From NCBI GenBank assembly GCA_963633165.1, contig CAVGXP010000038.1:56290-120289 (forward strand): DNA of 64,000 nucleotides, written 5' to 3'. The notes beneath the pieces are model-generated. The model was not told where the DNA came from. It did not search any database and saw nothing but the letters and a program-made list of their open reading frames with translations. The position numbers and the translations under genes are program-made. Source of the stretch: a bacterium. GTDB taxonomy: Bacteria; Bacillota_I; Bacilli_A; RFN20; CAG-826. Of this stretch, positions 17,511-27,180 are shown piece after piece; position 1 is the first letter of the stretch, and every line of letters begins with the position of its first letter.

Positions 17511-20116
17511 GCGCAAGGAAAAAAACTGACCTCGAACCGATCGTCGAGAACATCGAGCCTTCCACTTTGGACGAATTGATGGGCGAGCGTTTTGACATAT
17601 ACGCCAAAGACGTCATCCAAGACCGCGCCATCCCCGACGCAAGGGATGGCCTTAAGCCGGTTCAACGCCGCATTATCTATGCGATGTACAACACCCACAA
17701 CACCATCGACCACATGACGAAGAAGTGCGCCCACATCGTCGGTGAAGTCATGGGCAAATACCATCCCCATGGCGATTCCTCGATTTACGGGGCTCTCGTC
17801 CATATGTCCCAAAAGTGGGCTATGCGCGTGCCTTTGATCGACTTCCAGGGCAACAACGGCTCCATCGATGGCGATGGGGCGGCCGCTTATCGTTACACCG
17901 AAGCTAGGCTAGCCGCCATCTCCAACGAAATGGTTCGCGACATCGACAAGGAAACCGTCGATATGGAGCTCACTTTCGACGATACCGAATTTGAGCCTAC
18001 CGTTTTACCTTCCCGTTTCCCCAACTTGCTCGTCAACGGCTCCACCGGCATTGCCGTAGGCATGGCCACGGAAATCCCGCCGCATAACCTCAAAGAGGTT
18101 TGTCAGGCCGTCGTTCATAGAATCCGCCATCCCCGTTGCCCGGTTGAAACCTTGATGGCTTATATCCCCGGGCCGGATTTCCCCACGGGTGGTATCGTTT
18201 ATGAATCGCAAGGTCTTCAGGACATCTATCTTAAAGGCAAAGGCCGCATCGAGGTCGTTTCCCGTTGCCGCATAAAGGACAACGAAGACCAAACCCAGCA
18301 AATCATCGTCAGCGAGATCCCCTTTGGGGTTGTGAAAAGCTCTTTGGTGTTCTCCATCGACCAAATCCGTCACGACAAAAAGATCGATGGCATCGAGGAG
18401 GTCCGCGATGAATCCGATAAAGAAGGCATCCGCATCGTCATCGATATCAAAAAAGGCTTCAAAGCCGACGCCGTCTTGGCGTATTTGATGGCGAAAACCC
18501 AACTGAAGACGAGCTATTCGGCCAATATGGTCGCGATCGTCGACGGACGTCCGCAGACGCTGACGCTGCTTTCTTATTGCGATACTTACATCGCCCATCA
18601 AGTCGACGTTTACACCCGCAGGACGAAATTCATCCTCGATAAGGACGAAAAACGCTTGGAAATCGTCGACGGTTTGATTAAAGCCTATTCCATCATCAAT
18701 GAAGTCGTCGCCACGATCCGTGCTTCTAACGACAAAGCCGACTCCATGAATAACCTCATGGCGAGGTTCGGCTTCTCTCAGCCACAGGCCAAAGCCATCG
18801 TCGAGATGCCTTTGTACAAACTTTCTCATACCGACATCGCCGTTTTAGAAGAAGAAAAGGCGGCGTTAGAGGCCGATATTGCCAATTTGAAGAGCATCCT
18901 CGGCGATAGAAATAAGCTCAACGAGCTCATCGTCGATGATCTCCGCGCTTTATCTAAAACCTATGGCGATGCCAGAAGGACTGAGATCGCAGAGAAAAAC
19001 GATTCCCTAACCCAAGTCGATCAAAGGGATCTTATTGCCAAAGAAGAAGTTCTCCTCACCGTGTCTAGGGATGGCTACGTCAAACGCAGCTCCATCGCCT
19101 CTTGGAGGAGCTCAGGCGGGCTTAATGGAGCTTTGCCTGGCCTTAAAGCAGGGGATTCGCTGATTTATGAAGGCAATTGCATCACCACGGATTTCCTTTT
19201 GGCGTTCACCAATTTCGGAAATTACATCTATCTTCCCATCCATATGGTCAAAGCCAACAAATGGCTTGATGAGGGCGTACATCTCAGCAACCTGATCTCA
19301 ATGGCTACGGGAGAAAAGATCGTCCGTGCCTACGCGGTGCACGATTTCCGCAGCGATCTGACCGTCCTTATCCTTTCAAAAGGCGGGCAGATCAAAAAAG
19401 CCCGTCTATCTGATTTCCCGGTCACTCGTTTTACGCGCCCCATCAAAACGATGCGTTTGGCAAAAGACGATGAGGTCGTTGACGCTAAACTTGGCTGTGG
19501 CGATTCGACTTTGCTGCTTTTCTCTTCTTCTGGGCTGTGCTCAAGGTACAACGAAGGCCTCGTTCCTCTTAACGTCGGGGTTAGTTCAGGCGTCAAAGCC
19601 GCTTCCTTCAAAGGCTCTTCATGCGTCTGTTTGCTTTCCCTTACCCCTGAGGAGATCGAGAACGCCAAGATTTACGTCATCACCAATCTAGGCTCCTCCC
19701 GCGTCGTCTCCGTTTCTAACATCAACGAAGGCGAGCGCTTAACCAAAGCCACGTTGCTCTTCAAATCTTTCAAAAACGAGCCCCATGAACTTCTTTTCGC
19801 GGATGTCGTAGGGGATAAAGCTTCGCCGTTCACTTTGACTTCAGTTACCGATGATGGAAACCGCTTCTCTTTGGTCATCCCATCCTGGAATTTAACCCCC
19901 ATGGACCGTTACGCAAAGAAGGATGAAGCTTCGCCCAAGAAAGGCAAATTGACCCACGTGGATCAAAGGGCCAAGGACTATATTGACGACACCATCGTCT
20001 CCCATGCTCCGACGGTAGAAGAGGAGAATGAGGAAGAAATCGAAAAGCCAAATGACGAAGACGATCGTCCGAGCGAGAAGTTCGAGCAAATATCAATATT
20101 CGGTTTAGATGATTAA
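17507..20116 (+). CDS. parC: DNA topoisomerase IV subunit A (ParC) with an acidic C-terminal tail
   Basis: GyrA/ParC N-terminus ([33 protein letters not shown]; active-site Tyr in [10 protein letters not shown]). The C-terminus carries an extra acidic ~70-aa tail. Confidence 0.85.
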   Translation: MSARKKTDLEPIVENIEPSTLDELMGERFDIYAKDVIQDRAIPDARDGLKPVQRRIIYAMYNTHNTIDHMTKKCAHIVGEVMGKYHPHGDSSIYGALVHMSQKWAMRVPLIDFQGNNGSIDGDGAAAYRYTEARLAAISNEMVRDIDKETVDMELTFDDTEFEPTVLPSRFPNLLVNGSTGIAVGMATEIPPHNLKEVCQAVVHRIRHPRCPVETLMAYIPGPDFPTGGIVYESQGLQDIYLKGKGRIEVVSRCRIKDNEDQTQQIIVSEIPFGVVKSSLVFSIDQIRHDKKIDGIEEVRDESDKEGIRIVIDIKKGFKADAVLAYLMAKTQLKTSYSANMVAIVDGRPQTLTLLSYCDTYIAHQVDVYTRRTKFILDKDEKRLEIVDGLIKAYSIINEVVATIRASNDKADSMNNLMARFGFSQPQAKAIVEMPLYKLSHTDIAVLEEEKAALEADIANLKSILGDRNKLNELIVDDLRALSKTYGDARRTEIAEKNDSLTQVDQRDLIAKEEVLLTVSRDGYVKRSSIASWRSSGGLNGALPGLKAGDSLIYEGNCITTDFLLAFTNFGNYIYLPIHMVKANKWLDEGVHLSNLISMATGEKIVRAYAVHDFRSDLTVLILSKGGQIKKARLSDFPVTRFTRPIKTMRLAKDDEVVDAKLGCGDSTLLLFSSSGLCSRYNEGLVPLNVGVSSGVKAASFKGSSCVCLLSLTPEEIENAKIYVITNLGSSRVVSVSNINEGERLTKATLLFKSFKNEPHELLFADVVGDKASPFTLTSVTDDGNRFSLVIPSWNLTPMDRYAKKDEASPKKGKLTHVDQRAKDYIDDTIVSHAPTVEEENEEEIEKPNDEDDRPSEKFEQISIFGLDD

Positions 20117-20292
20117 GTTATAGTAGATTATTAGTAGATAATTGGTTGAAAATATTTCGATTATATCGTTACTTTTTCTATTTTAACAAATTTAGTTTAT
20201 CTTTGGTTTCAAAGACTTTGTCACAAGGCCTCTTGCTATTTAGGCCCCGTTGAATCTAGTCACGCACGCGCGCAAGGCTTAAAATCAAATCT

Positions 20293-20817
20293 ATGAGGAA
20301 ACGCTGCATCCCCTTCGCTTTGGCCGATTCGATTTATGAGCTTACGCCTTCTTTCTTCAAGGACCTTGGCGTCTCCGTTTTGCTGATGGACCTCGATAAT
20401 ACCATGGCCACCTACGATTCTTCTTTGCCTGATGAGAGAACCATCAATTGGGCGAAAAAAATTGAGGATGCGGGGATTAAAATCATCATTTGTTCCAATA
20501 ATTCTGGGAAACGCGTTGGCAAGTTTGCCAGCGTTTTGGGCTGTGACCATGCCTGCTGGATGAAAAAGCCCTTCTCCGGGCCCATGAAAAAGCTCATCAA
20601 AGAAAAAGATTTGAACAAAGACAAGGTCCTTTTGATCGGGGATCAGATCATGACCGACGTCAAAGCGGGGAATGGAGCTGGCATCCGTTGCATTCTGACT
20701 GAACCTTTAGGCAAAGTCGAACCTTTATGGACGAAATTCAACCGTATGTTCGACAAACCACTTCGAAAGAAAATCAAAGATAAAAAGCTCGCAAAGAGCT
20801 GGAGGGATTGCATATGA
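20293..20817 (+). CDS. yqeG: YqeG-family HAD-IIIA phosphatase
   Basis: LLMDLDNTMATYD (DxD HAD motif) and KIIICSNNSGKRV; operon context yqeG-yqeH. Confidence 0.8.
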   Translation: MRKRCIPFALADSIYELTPSFFKDLGVSVLLMDLDNTMATYDSSLPDERTINWAKKIEDAGIKIIICSNNSGKRVGKFASVLGCDHACWMKKPFSGPMKKLIKEKDLNKDKVLLIGDQIMTDVKAGNGAGIRCILTEPLGKVEPLWTKFNRMFDKPLRKKIKDKKLAKSWRDCI

Positions 20818-21959
20818 GCGAATTCAATGTCGTCAGACGTTGCTATGGCTGCGGGGCCGTGCTGCAAAGCGATGACCCTGAGCAGATCGGTTACATCGAT
20901 AAGGAAACCTTCGATCACGCCGAGATCTCGGCGCCTTTGTTCTGTGAGAAATGCTGGAAAGGGACGCGTTATAACACCGTCCCCGGAGAGGCTAAAGCGA
21001 GCGAGGAATTCCTTTCGATGCTTAAGGACGCTCAGGCTAGCGACGCGATGATCGTCTACGTGGTGAATCTGTTCTCTTTTGAATCCAGCTTCATCCGCAA
21101 CGTGTCCGAATTGCTTAGGGGCCTCCACGTGCTTGTCTTGGCCAACAAACGCGATTTGCTACCCGCTAAAGCCGATGACCGGAAATTGAAGGAATACGTC
21201 GCCGCGAGGTTCCGTCGTGCCTCCATAAACGTGAGCGCATCCGACGTCGAGCTCATCTCGCTCCGCTCCGCTTTGGATGTCTCTTCAATCGTAAATAAGA
21301 TCAACAAAACGAGAAAAGGCCATGATGTCTATGTTATAGGAGCTTCAGGAGCTGGCAAGACCATCTTCGTCAACGCTTTCTTAAGAGGGTACGCCAATCC
21401 CTCGAATAGGGCGGTTTCAATCAGCAAATATCCCAAAACGTCTCTTTCCGTCATGACCATCCCCTTGGATTCATCCTCTTCTTTATACGACACCCCGGGG
21501 ATTGCCATGGAGAATTCCCTCCTTTGCAAAGTCGATCCCTTGACTTGTCACAAGATGATCCCTCAAGAAGCGGTCAAAGGCAGGCCGAGTTCCCTAGGAG
21601 AAGGAGAAACGCTCATCTTCGGCGACAATCTCGTCAGAATCGAGCTTTTGAAGGGCGAGAGGACCCCTTTGAAAGTCTATTGTTCCAACGACATCGCCTT
21701 CTTCAAGCGACGCGGCAACAAAGTCGAGGACGCCTTCTATAAATTCATCGACCAAATCGGATCGAAGGATAACGTGGGCAAAAGAGGTCCTTCGGATTTC
21801 GACGCCTTCGAAATATCCATAAACGAAACAGGGGCCAGAGACATCGGAATTGAAGGGTTGGGCTGGATTTGCTTTACGGGCAAACACCAAAGCTTCAGGA
21901 TTTACGTGCCCAAAGGGGTCGCTTTGTATTACAATTCCGCGAAGCTGTCCCTGCAATGA
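20808..21959 (+). CDS. yqeH: Ribosome biogenesis GTPase YqeH
   Basis: N-terminal zinc finger (CYGCGAVLQ...CEKCW) and a circularly permuted GTPase (VLANKRDLLP...GASGAGKTIFVN). Confidence 0.85.
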   Translation: MHMSEFNVVRRCYGCGAVLQSDDPEQIGYIDKETFDHAEISAPLFCEKCWKGTRYNTVPGEAKASEEFLSMLKDAQASDAMIVYVVNLFSFESSFIRNVSELLRGLHVLVLANKRDLLPAKADDRKLKEYVAARFRRASINVSASDVELISLRSALDVSSIVNKINKTRKGHDVYVIGASGAGKTIFVNAFLRGYANPSNRAVSISKYPKTSLSVMTIPLDSSSSLYDTPGIAMENSLLCKVDPLTCHKMIPQEAVKGRPSSLGEGETLIFGDNLVRIELLKGERTPLKVYCSNDIAFFKRRGNKVEDAFYKFIDQIGSKDNVGKRGPSDFDAFEISINETGARDIGIEGLGWICFTGKHQSFRIYVPKGVALYYNSAKLSLQ

Positions 21960-21978
21960 GGACGAAAGGATTTAAACC

Positions 21979-22272
21979 ATGCTTAAAGGAAACCAAAAAA
22001 GATATTTGAAAGGCCTTGCCAACACGATCTCCCATCGTTATCTCCTTGGGAAAGGGGAAATCGATGAGGCTTTCTTAAAACAAATCGACGATGCTCTTGA
22101 AGCCAAAGAGCTCATCAAAGTCGGTTTGCTGCAGAATTCCTCCTACGAAGTTAAGGAAGCGGGAGCGTTGCTTGCAGAAAAAACTAACGCCGAGCTGGTC
22201 CAGACGATTGGAAAAGTCATCGTTTTGTACCGTAAATCCGTGAAGAACCCCAAAATCGTTCTTCCTCAATAA
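21979..22272 (+). CDS. yhbY: YhbY/YqeI CRM-domain RNA-binding protein
   Basis: MLKGNQKRYLKGLANTISHRYLLGKGEI...KELIKV CRS1/YhbY fold; 97 aa. Confidence 0.85.
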   Translation: MLKGNQKRYLKGLANTISHRYLLGKGEIDEAFLKQIDDALEAKELIKVGLLQNSSYEVKEAGALLAEKTNAELVQTIGKVIVLYRKSVKNPKIVLPQ

Positions 22273-22275
22273 AGA

Positions 22276-23331
22276 ATGCAACGTTTCAGCCGTTTTTATT
22301 ATCTAAGCGATTTCGATCCCATATCCTCCAAAGACATCGCTTTCGGCGAAACAATAGCCGCGGAGTCAAGGGCAGAAGTCGTTTTCCTTCCTTCTCCAAA
22401 CGGTCTTTTTTCAGACTGCATTGCCACCTCTAGGCAAAGAGAAGATATGCTCTCTTTGGCTTTGAGTTCAAAAGAAGGCAAAACGTTATCACTTGATTGT
22501 TCCTTAATAGAATCCGCCGACGTTGCCTCTGATTTAAAGAAATTTAAAGAATCCCAAAAAAGCGAAGCCTGCTTCCTTATTAGCGAGGACAATCTCGCGA
22601 TTCTTGAAAAGAAAGGGCTAAGAGATCTGTTTGGGAAGGAGATTCGCGCTTTCCCCGTTAAGAGCGTCAACGAAGCAATGCTTGAAGATGGGCAAATCAG
22701 CCTTCCCCGTCCAAAAGAGGTCAGGAACCTTGTCGACCCCTGCCTAGAACCTTGCATAAGGGCTTATATCGAAAAGGAAAGACTCTATTACGTCGATAAA
22801 CTCGCCTCTTTCCTAAAAAGTGAACATCGCTTGCTTCATAGTCTATCGGTTGGGAATTTGTCTTATCAGATAGCTTGCTCCAACAAACTAGAGAATCCTA
22901 TAAGCGCCTATGTCGCCGGCGTTCTTCATGACTTAGGCAAACATTGCCCAAAAGAAGAAGAGAAGGCAATAATGGAGGAATTCTTTAGCGAATACGCGGA
23001 TTTCCCTTCTTGGACCTTCCATCAGTTCACGGGGGCATATCTAGCTAGGAAAGAATTTGGCATCCAAGACGAAGTCGTCCTAGAAGCGATAAGAAGCCAC
23101 GCGACAGGAAAGAAAGATATGTCCCCGTTGGGGAAAATCATTTACAGCGCGGATAAGATTGATCCGCTTCGTGGCTATGACTCTACATGGATGATAGACG
23201 CCTGCAAGAAAGATTATGAGGAAGGGTTCTTGACCGTGCTGAGGGAAAACCGGACGTACTTGACGGAAAAGGGATACCTGGTCGATAATCCGCTGACGAA
23301 AGAATGCTTCGAAATGTATTTAAAAGATTAA
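22276..23331 (+). CDS. yqeK: Fusion of a degenerate NadD-like domain (HxGH motif lost) with a YqeK HD-domain phosphohydrolase
   Basis: The N-terminal ~170 aa align along the full length of NaMN adenylyltransferase (VVFLPSPNG ~ WFMPNQIPPHK; REDMLSLAL ~ RVEMLKLAI). The catalytic GGTFDPPHNGH is replaced by YLSDFDPISSKD. The C-terminal half is a YqeK HD domain (YVAGVLHDLGKH). Confidence 0.75.
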   Translation: MQRFSRFYYLSDFDPISSKDIAFGETIAAESRAEVVFLPSPNGLFSDCIATSRQREDMLSLALSSKEGKTLSLDCSLIESADVASDLKKFKESQKSEACFLISEDNLAILEKKGLRDLFGKEIRAFPVKSVNEAMLEDGQISLPRPKEVRNLVDPCLEPCIRAYIEKERLYYVDKLASFLKSEHRLLHSLSVGNLSYQIACSNKLENPISAYVAGVLHDLGKHCPKEEEKAIMEEFFSEYADFPSWTFHQFTGAYLARKEFGIQDEVVLEAIRSHATGKKDMSPLGKIIYSADKIDPLRGYDSTWMIDACKKDYEEGFLTVLRENRTYLTEKGYLVDNPLTKECFEMYLKD

Positions 23332-23341
23332 GGAGAATAAC

Positions 23342-23683
23342 ATGAGCGAACTCAAAGAATTGACTTTAGCAAAAAAGGTCCTCGAGGATCACAAAGCCGA
23401 AGAGGTGGCGGTGGTGGATGTGAACGGTTTCTCGCCGTTCTCAAGCTATTATGTCTTAGCCACGGCGACCAACATCCGTCATCTTGGAGCCTTGTCCGAC
23501 GCCCTCATCGAGGAATTTGAAAAAGAAGGATACGAATCCATCAAAAAGGACGGAATCCCTGAATCCGGCTGGATGATTGTTGAAGCAGGAGAAGTTGTTG
23601 TGCATCTCTTCATTTCCGTCAATAGAAAAGAAATTGACCTCGAAGGTCTCTTACAAAAAGAAATCACCTCCAAACGTGCGTAA
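23342..23683 (+). CDS. rsfS: Ribosomal silencing factor RsfS (Iojap/YqeL)
   Basis: Iojap-family signature (EEVAVVDVNGFSPFSSYYVLATATNIRHL...EGLLQKE) at the end of the yqeG-H-I-K operon. Confidence 0.9.
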   Translation: MSELKELTLAKKVLEDHKAEEVAVVDVNGFSPFSSYYVLATATNIRHLGALSDALIEEFEKEGYESIKKDGIPESGWMIVEAGEVVVHLFISVNRKEIDLEGLLQKEITSKRA

Positions 23684-23704
23684 GCAGAAGAAGTGGAAGC
23701 TATA

Positions 23705-23741
23705 AAGCGGTTGGCAGCTGTCCAACCGCTTTTATTTTTAG
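23705..23741 (+). terminator. Rho-independent terminator after rsfS
   Basis: AAGCGGTTGG-cagctgt-CCAACCGCTT (10-bp stem) followed by TTATTTTT. Confidence 0.7.
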
Positions 23742-24083
23742 TAGTTTTTGTCCTTTGAGAAAATCTTCGGAATTCCTTTAAAAATGGCTTCTTCGCATAA
23801 TGTCTATTATGTTAAGAAGTAATAAAAATAAATAGGTGTAACCGAATGTTTTCTAAATCAAAGTCTTCGCGTTTATTTTAATGAACTAAGTTCTCAACCT
23901 AAGTTTTCCACTAAATAAACATTACTAGAAAACTACTAATATACAAAATTAGCCTATGCTTTCATTTCTTCTTGTTCTCTTAAAATATGTTCTTTGTTTT
24001 ACCTAGGTGGGTTCATGATCCTTAGGTTTTTTATTCTTATTTATAATGTATCTACTTTATGTCAGCCAAAAAATCGTTTGAGG

Positions 24084-24905
24084 CTATTTCTCTTTCTTTT
24101 TCAATATCAAGAAAGGAATATCGATTATGGCCATCAAAAGCAAGACGATCAAAGAATACGCCGGGATTTCTTCAATGCCACCGCTGGACTGCCTAGACAT
24201 CACGATCAATGTCCCGATTCCTATTTTGCCCACGCTGCTGGAAGTCAGAACCTCGGCCATGATTGAAACCTTAAACGATAGACCGAAGGATTGGGCTAAG
24301 CTCATTCTTATATATTTCCAGGAATCCGGGAGATAGATTTCTTTTATTGTCAGAATCTTCCTCTGAGCTCCTTCAATCCTTAATGAATCCAATATATCGC
24401 CTTCCTCGTTTTCTATCCCCGAAGAAAAAGCCTGATAATAAAGCGGGAAACATACAACGAAAGACAGAGCGACGGGAATCCAGCTTAACCAAGCGTGCGC
24501 TTTCATCCCCATCAACACGGAAATCAGCATTAAAACCACCGCCGCCGTCGGTATCGCCCTCAATATGGATATGCACGGGCGCATAAAATCTTTGAAGCGA
24601 GGATAGACGCCAGACAAAACGCCGAAAAACCCTCCTAGAAGGAAGGAAATAACGAAGGCGATCGCGATTCTAAGAAGCGTCCATCCTATCGCCATCCAGG
24701 TCGAAGGAGCCTGGGTCAAGAAAAGAAACGAAAACGCCAAAGAAACCGTATCCCATGGATAAGGTATTCCGTTGTTCCCATTCTTTTTAAGACAAAAAGC
24801 TAATAAGAACCAAGTTAGGAAAATGAGTGTTACGCCTGATAGGCAAGCCAAAAAGCGAGGCAGGGTGCTGTTTTTGAGTGTCCACCGCTTCCTTTTTTCG
24901 CCCAT
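24084..24905 (-). CDS. ABC transporter permease, NitT/TauT (SsuC-like) family
   Basis: Six TM helices and a BPD-transporter EAA-like loop; 273 aa. Translationally coupled to the upstream lipoprotein gene. Confidence 0.7.
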   Translation of the reverse strand: MGEKRKRWTLKNSTLPRFLACLSGVTLIFLTWFLLAFCLKKNGNNGIPYPWDTVSLAFSFLFLTQAPSTWMAIGWTLLRIAIAFVISFLLGGFFGVLSGVYPRFKDFMRPCISILRAIPTAAVVLMLISVLMGMKAHAWLSWIPVALSFVVCFPLYYQAFSSGIENEEGDILDSLRIEGAQRKILTIKEIYLPDSWKYIRMSLAQSFGLSFKVSIMAEVLTSSSVGKIGIGTLIVMSRQSSGGIEEIPAYSLIVLLLMAIIDIPFLILKKKEK

Positions 24906-24907
24906 AT

Positions 24908-25897
24908 TTAAATTAGGAACATTTCCTCAGGATAAGTCTCTCCGCCGAAAGATGAAGAGAAATTATCAGCGGTTTGCTTGGCCGTGCTTCCTTTTTGATC
25001 GAGACAGAAGCCGAAAGCGTTGTTTTTCTGAAGATTCGTCAAGTTAGCAACAATGCTTGTTGAGATGCCGAATTTATAAAGATTGTCCGCGACGACATGG
25101 GAAGGATCGCTGCTTTGATATTCTTCCAGCGCTTTTTGGGCGATTTGAGGCTCATGGACCAATGCATTGAGCCTTTCATCTGTTTTGGAGAGGAATTCGT
25201 CGTAAACGTCTTTGTGCTTTGAATAGCCTTCCTTATTGATGAACAAGGCGGCGCTAGGGATTTTCATGCCACCATGAGCCTTGCCCCATTCTTCTTGCAG
25301 GTCGTAGATTAGATGAAGCCCATCGCCCATTTTGGCTTTGAGATTGGTGTAAGCGGGATCGGCGATCAAATAGAAATCGTAGGCGTTGGTCGCTAAATTG
25401 GTGACGACGCTATCGACTCCATTTTCGTATGTGATGGTTCCTAATGAGGACAGATCGCCCCAATTCCAAACGTTAGATGCCAAATTAAGCAAACAACGGG
25501 AAGCGTTCCCGGTCGCGACAAATGAATTGACGGTCCAAGAGACGTCCCAAGAAGAAACGTCTTCTTTGGTATGCGTCTTTGAGACGAGGTAAAAGCCGAG
25601 GTTATTGATCCACCTGGCGAGTTTGTAATTGGAGGCGGAAGCGTTTTTGCTCATCAAATTGAGCCCTGAGATACCATCGAAGACGATGCCGTCATAGGAA
25701 TTTGCGGCGAAACTAGGGACGACAACCTCCGAAGGGTTGCTTGCAGAAATCCAGAAAGGGTTCTCACCCTGATCATAAAACGCTAAGGTCGGAGCTCCGG
25801 TTGGGGTGACCCAAGAAAAAACGTATGAATTGTTATTGCCTGAGCAAGATGCAAGGGCAAGCAAAGCCAGAGGAGCGAGAACGATTGTTTTCTTCAT
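24908..25897 (-). CDS. Lipoprotein, putative ABC substrate-binding protein (unknown ligand)
   Basis: Signal peptide with lipobox LALASC. It lies immediately upstream of and in an operon with the permease, and no ATPase gene is adjacent. Confidence 0.5.
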   Translation of the reverse strand: MKKTIVLAPLALLALASCSGNNNSYVFSWVTPTGAPTLAFYDQGENPFWISASNPSEVVVPSFAANSYDGIVFDGISGLNLMSKNASASNYKLARWINNLGFYLVSKTHTKEDVSSWDVSWTVNSFVATGNASRCLLNLASNVWNWGDLSSLGTITYENGVDSVVTNLATNAYDFYLIADPAYTNLKAKMGDGLHLIYDLQEEWGKAHGGMKIPSAALFINKEGYSKHKDVYDEFLSKTDERLNALVHEPQIAQKALEEYQSSDPSHVVADNLYKFGISTSIVANLTNLQKNNAFGFCLDQKGSTAKQTADNFSSSFGGETYPEEMFLI

Positions 25898-25915
25898 TGT
25901 GCTACCTTCCTTTCC

Positions 25916-27127
25916 TTATTCAAAAATCTCATTGAGGCAATTTCCAAGCATCGATGGATCTTTTTCCAAATAGAAATTATTGAGGATGGTTTCTCCCATG
26001 ACGGCGAACGTTTTCTGCTCCTCAAGCTTTTTTCCGCCTTCAAAAGAAGGCGAATAAATCAACAAAGGCACCTTTTCGCGGGTGTGGTCGGTTCCTCTGA
26101 AAGTCGGATCGTTGCCATGATCTGCCGTGATCATCAAAACGTCGTCGTCTTTCATGCTTTTGACGAATTCGCCGACGCGCTTATCAAAAGCTTCTAAGCA
26201 GCGGGCGTAGCCTTGCGGATTCCTCCTATGCCCGTATTCACTGTCGAATTCGACCAAATTGACGAAGCATAGGCCAGTCCAATCTTCCTGCTTGAGCTGA
26301 CGGATGGCTTCGTCCATTCCTTCCTCATTGCTTGCGGTATGGATGGTTTTGACGACGCCGACGCCATTGAATATATCGTTAATCTTGCCCACGGCGGAAA
26401 CCATGTAGCCGTTGCTTTTGAGGATGTCCATGGCCGTTATGGATGTTGGCGAGACGGTGTAGTCGTGCCTATGGGCTCCGACGCGTTTGAATTCGCCTTT
26501 ATTTTCGCCGACATAGGGCCTAGCAATGACTCTGCCGACCATCCATTCAGGCCTCATCGTTAGCTCTCTAGCGATCTGACAGCAGCGATAGATTTCCTCT
26601 AAAGGCATATGGTCCTCATTGGCGGCGATTTGGAGGACAGAATCGGAAGAAGTATAGACGATGAGCGCGTTTTCTTTGATTTGCTCTTCGCCCAGTTCAT
26701 CTAGGATCACCGTTCCGGAAGAAGCGTAATTGCCCAAAAGCTTATGGCCGGTCCTTTTTTCTAGCTCGTCCATGAGCTCTTTCGGGAACCCGGTGTCGGT
26801 GAAGGTTTGGAAAGGTTTGGTCGTGTTTATGCCCATCATCTCCCAGTGGCCCGTCATCGTGTCTTTCCCTAAGCTAGTTTCTTGGCAAGCAAGGCAATAG
26901 GCCTGAGGGTGCGCGTCGATGGGCTTTACGCCTTCGATGTCATCGAGGGTCCCTATGCCCATGGCTTCCATGTTGGGGACGTTCAAACCCCCGATTGAAG
27001 AAGCGGCGTGAGCCCATGTATTGGAGCCGACGTCGTTAAAATCGGCGGCGTCGGGCTCTTCTCCGATGCCGGCTGAGTCGGCAACGATCAAAAACACCCT
27101 TTTGAATTTGCGGTAATCCTTTTCCAT
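25916..27127 (-). CDS. deoB: Phosphopentomutase DeoB
   Basis: Alkaline-phosphatase-superfamily metal-site residues (LIVADSAGIGEE...TADHGNDPT) and about 400 aa. The start is probably the internal MEKDYRKF; the track ORF extends to 27175. Confidence 0.85.
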   Translation of the reverse strand: MEKDYRKFKRVFLIVADSAGIGEEPDAADFNDVGSNTWAHAASSIGGLNVPNMEAMGIGTLDDIEGVKPIDAHPQAYCLACQETSLGKDTMTGHWEMMGINTTKPFQTFTDTGFPKELMDELEKRTGHKLLGNYASSGTVILDELGEEQIKENALIVYTSSDSVLQIAANEDHMPLEEIYRCCQIARELTMRPEWMVGRVIARPYVGENKGEFKRVGAHRHDYTVSPTSITAMDILKSNGYMVSAVGKINDIFNGVGVVKTIHTASNEEGMDEAIRQLKQEDWTGLCFVNLVEFDSEYGHRRNPQGYARCLEAFDKRVGEFVKSMKDDDVLMITADHGNDPTFRGTDHTREKVPLLIYSPSFEGGKKLEEQKTFAVMGETILNNFYLEKDPSMLGNCLNEIFE

Positions 27128-27180
27128 ATATCGTGTCCTCCGTGAATTTGCGAAGGCGTTTGCCTCGCCCTTCATTATAC

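Noticed and set aside
23994-24266. 90-aa plus-strand ORF starting in the AT-rich island
   Set aside because: Most of it is antisense to the C-terminus of the ABC permease. It has no RBS, and the N-terminus is poly-Leu/Phe produced by AT-rich DNA. Spurious.
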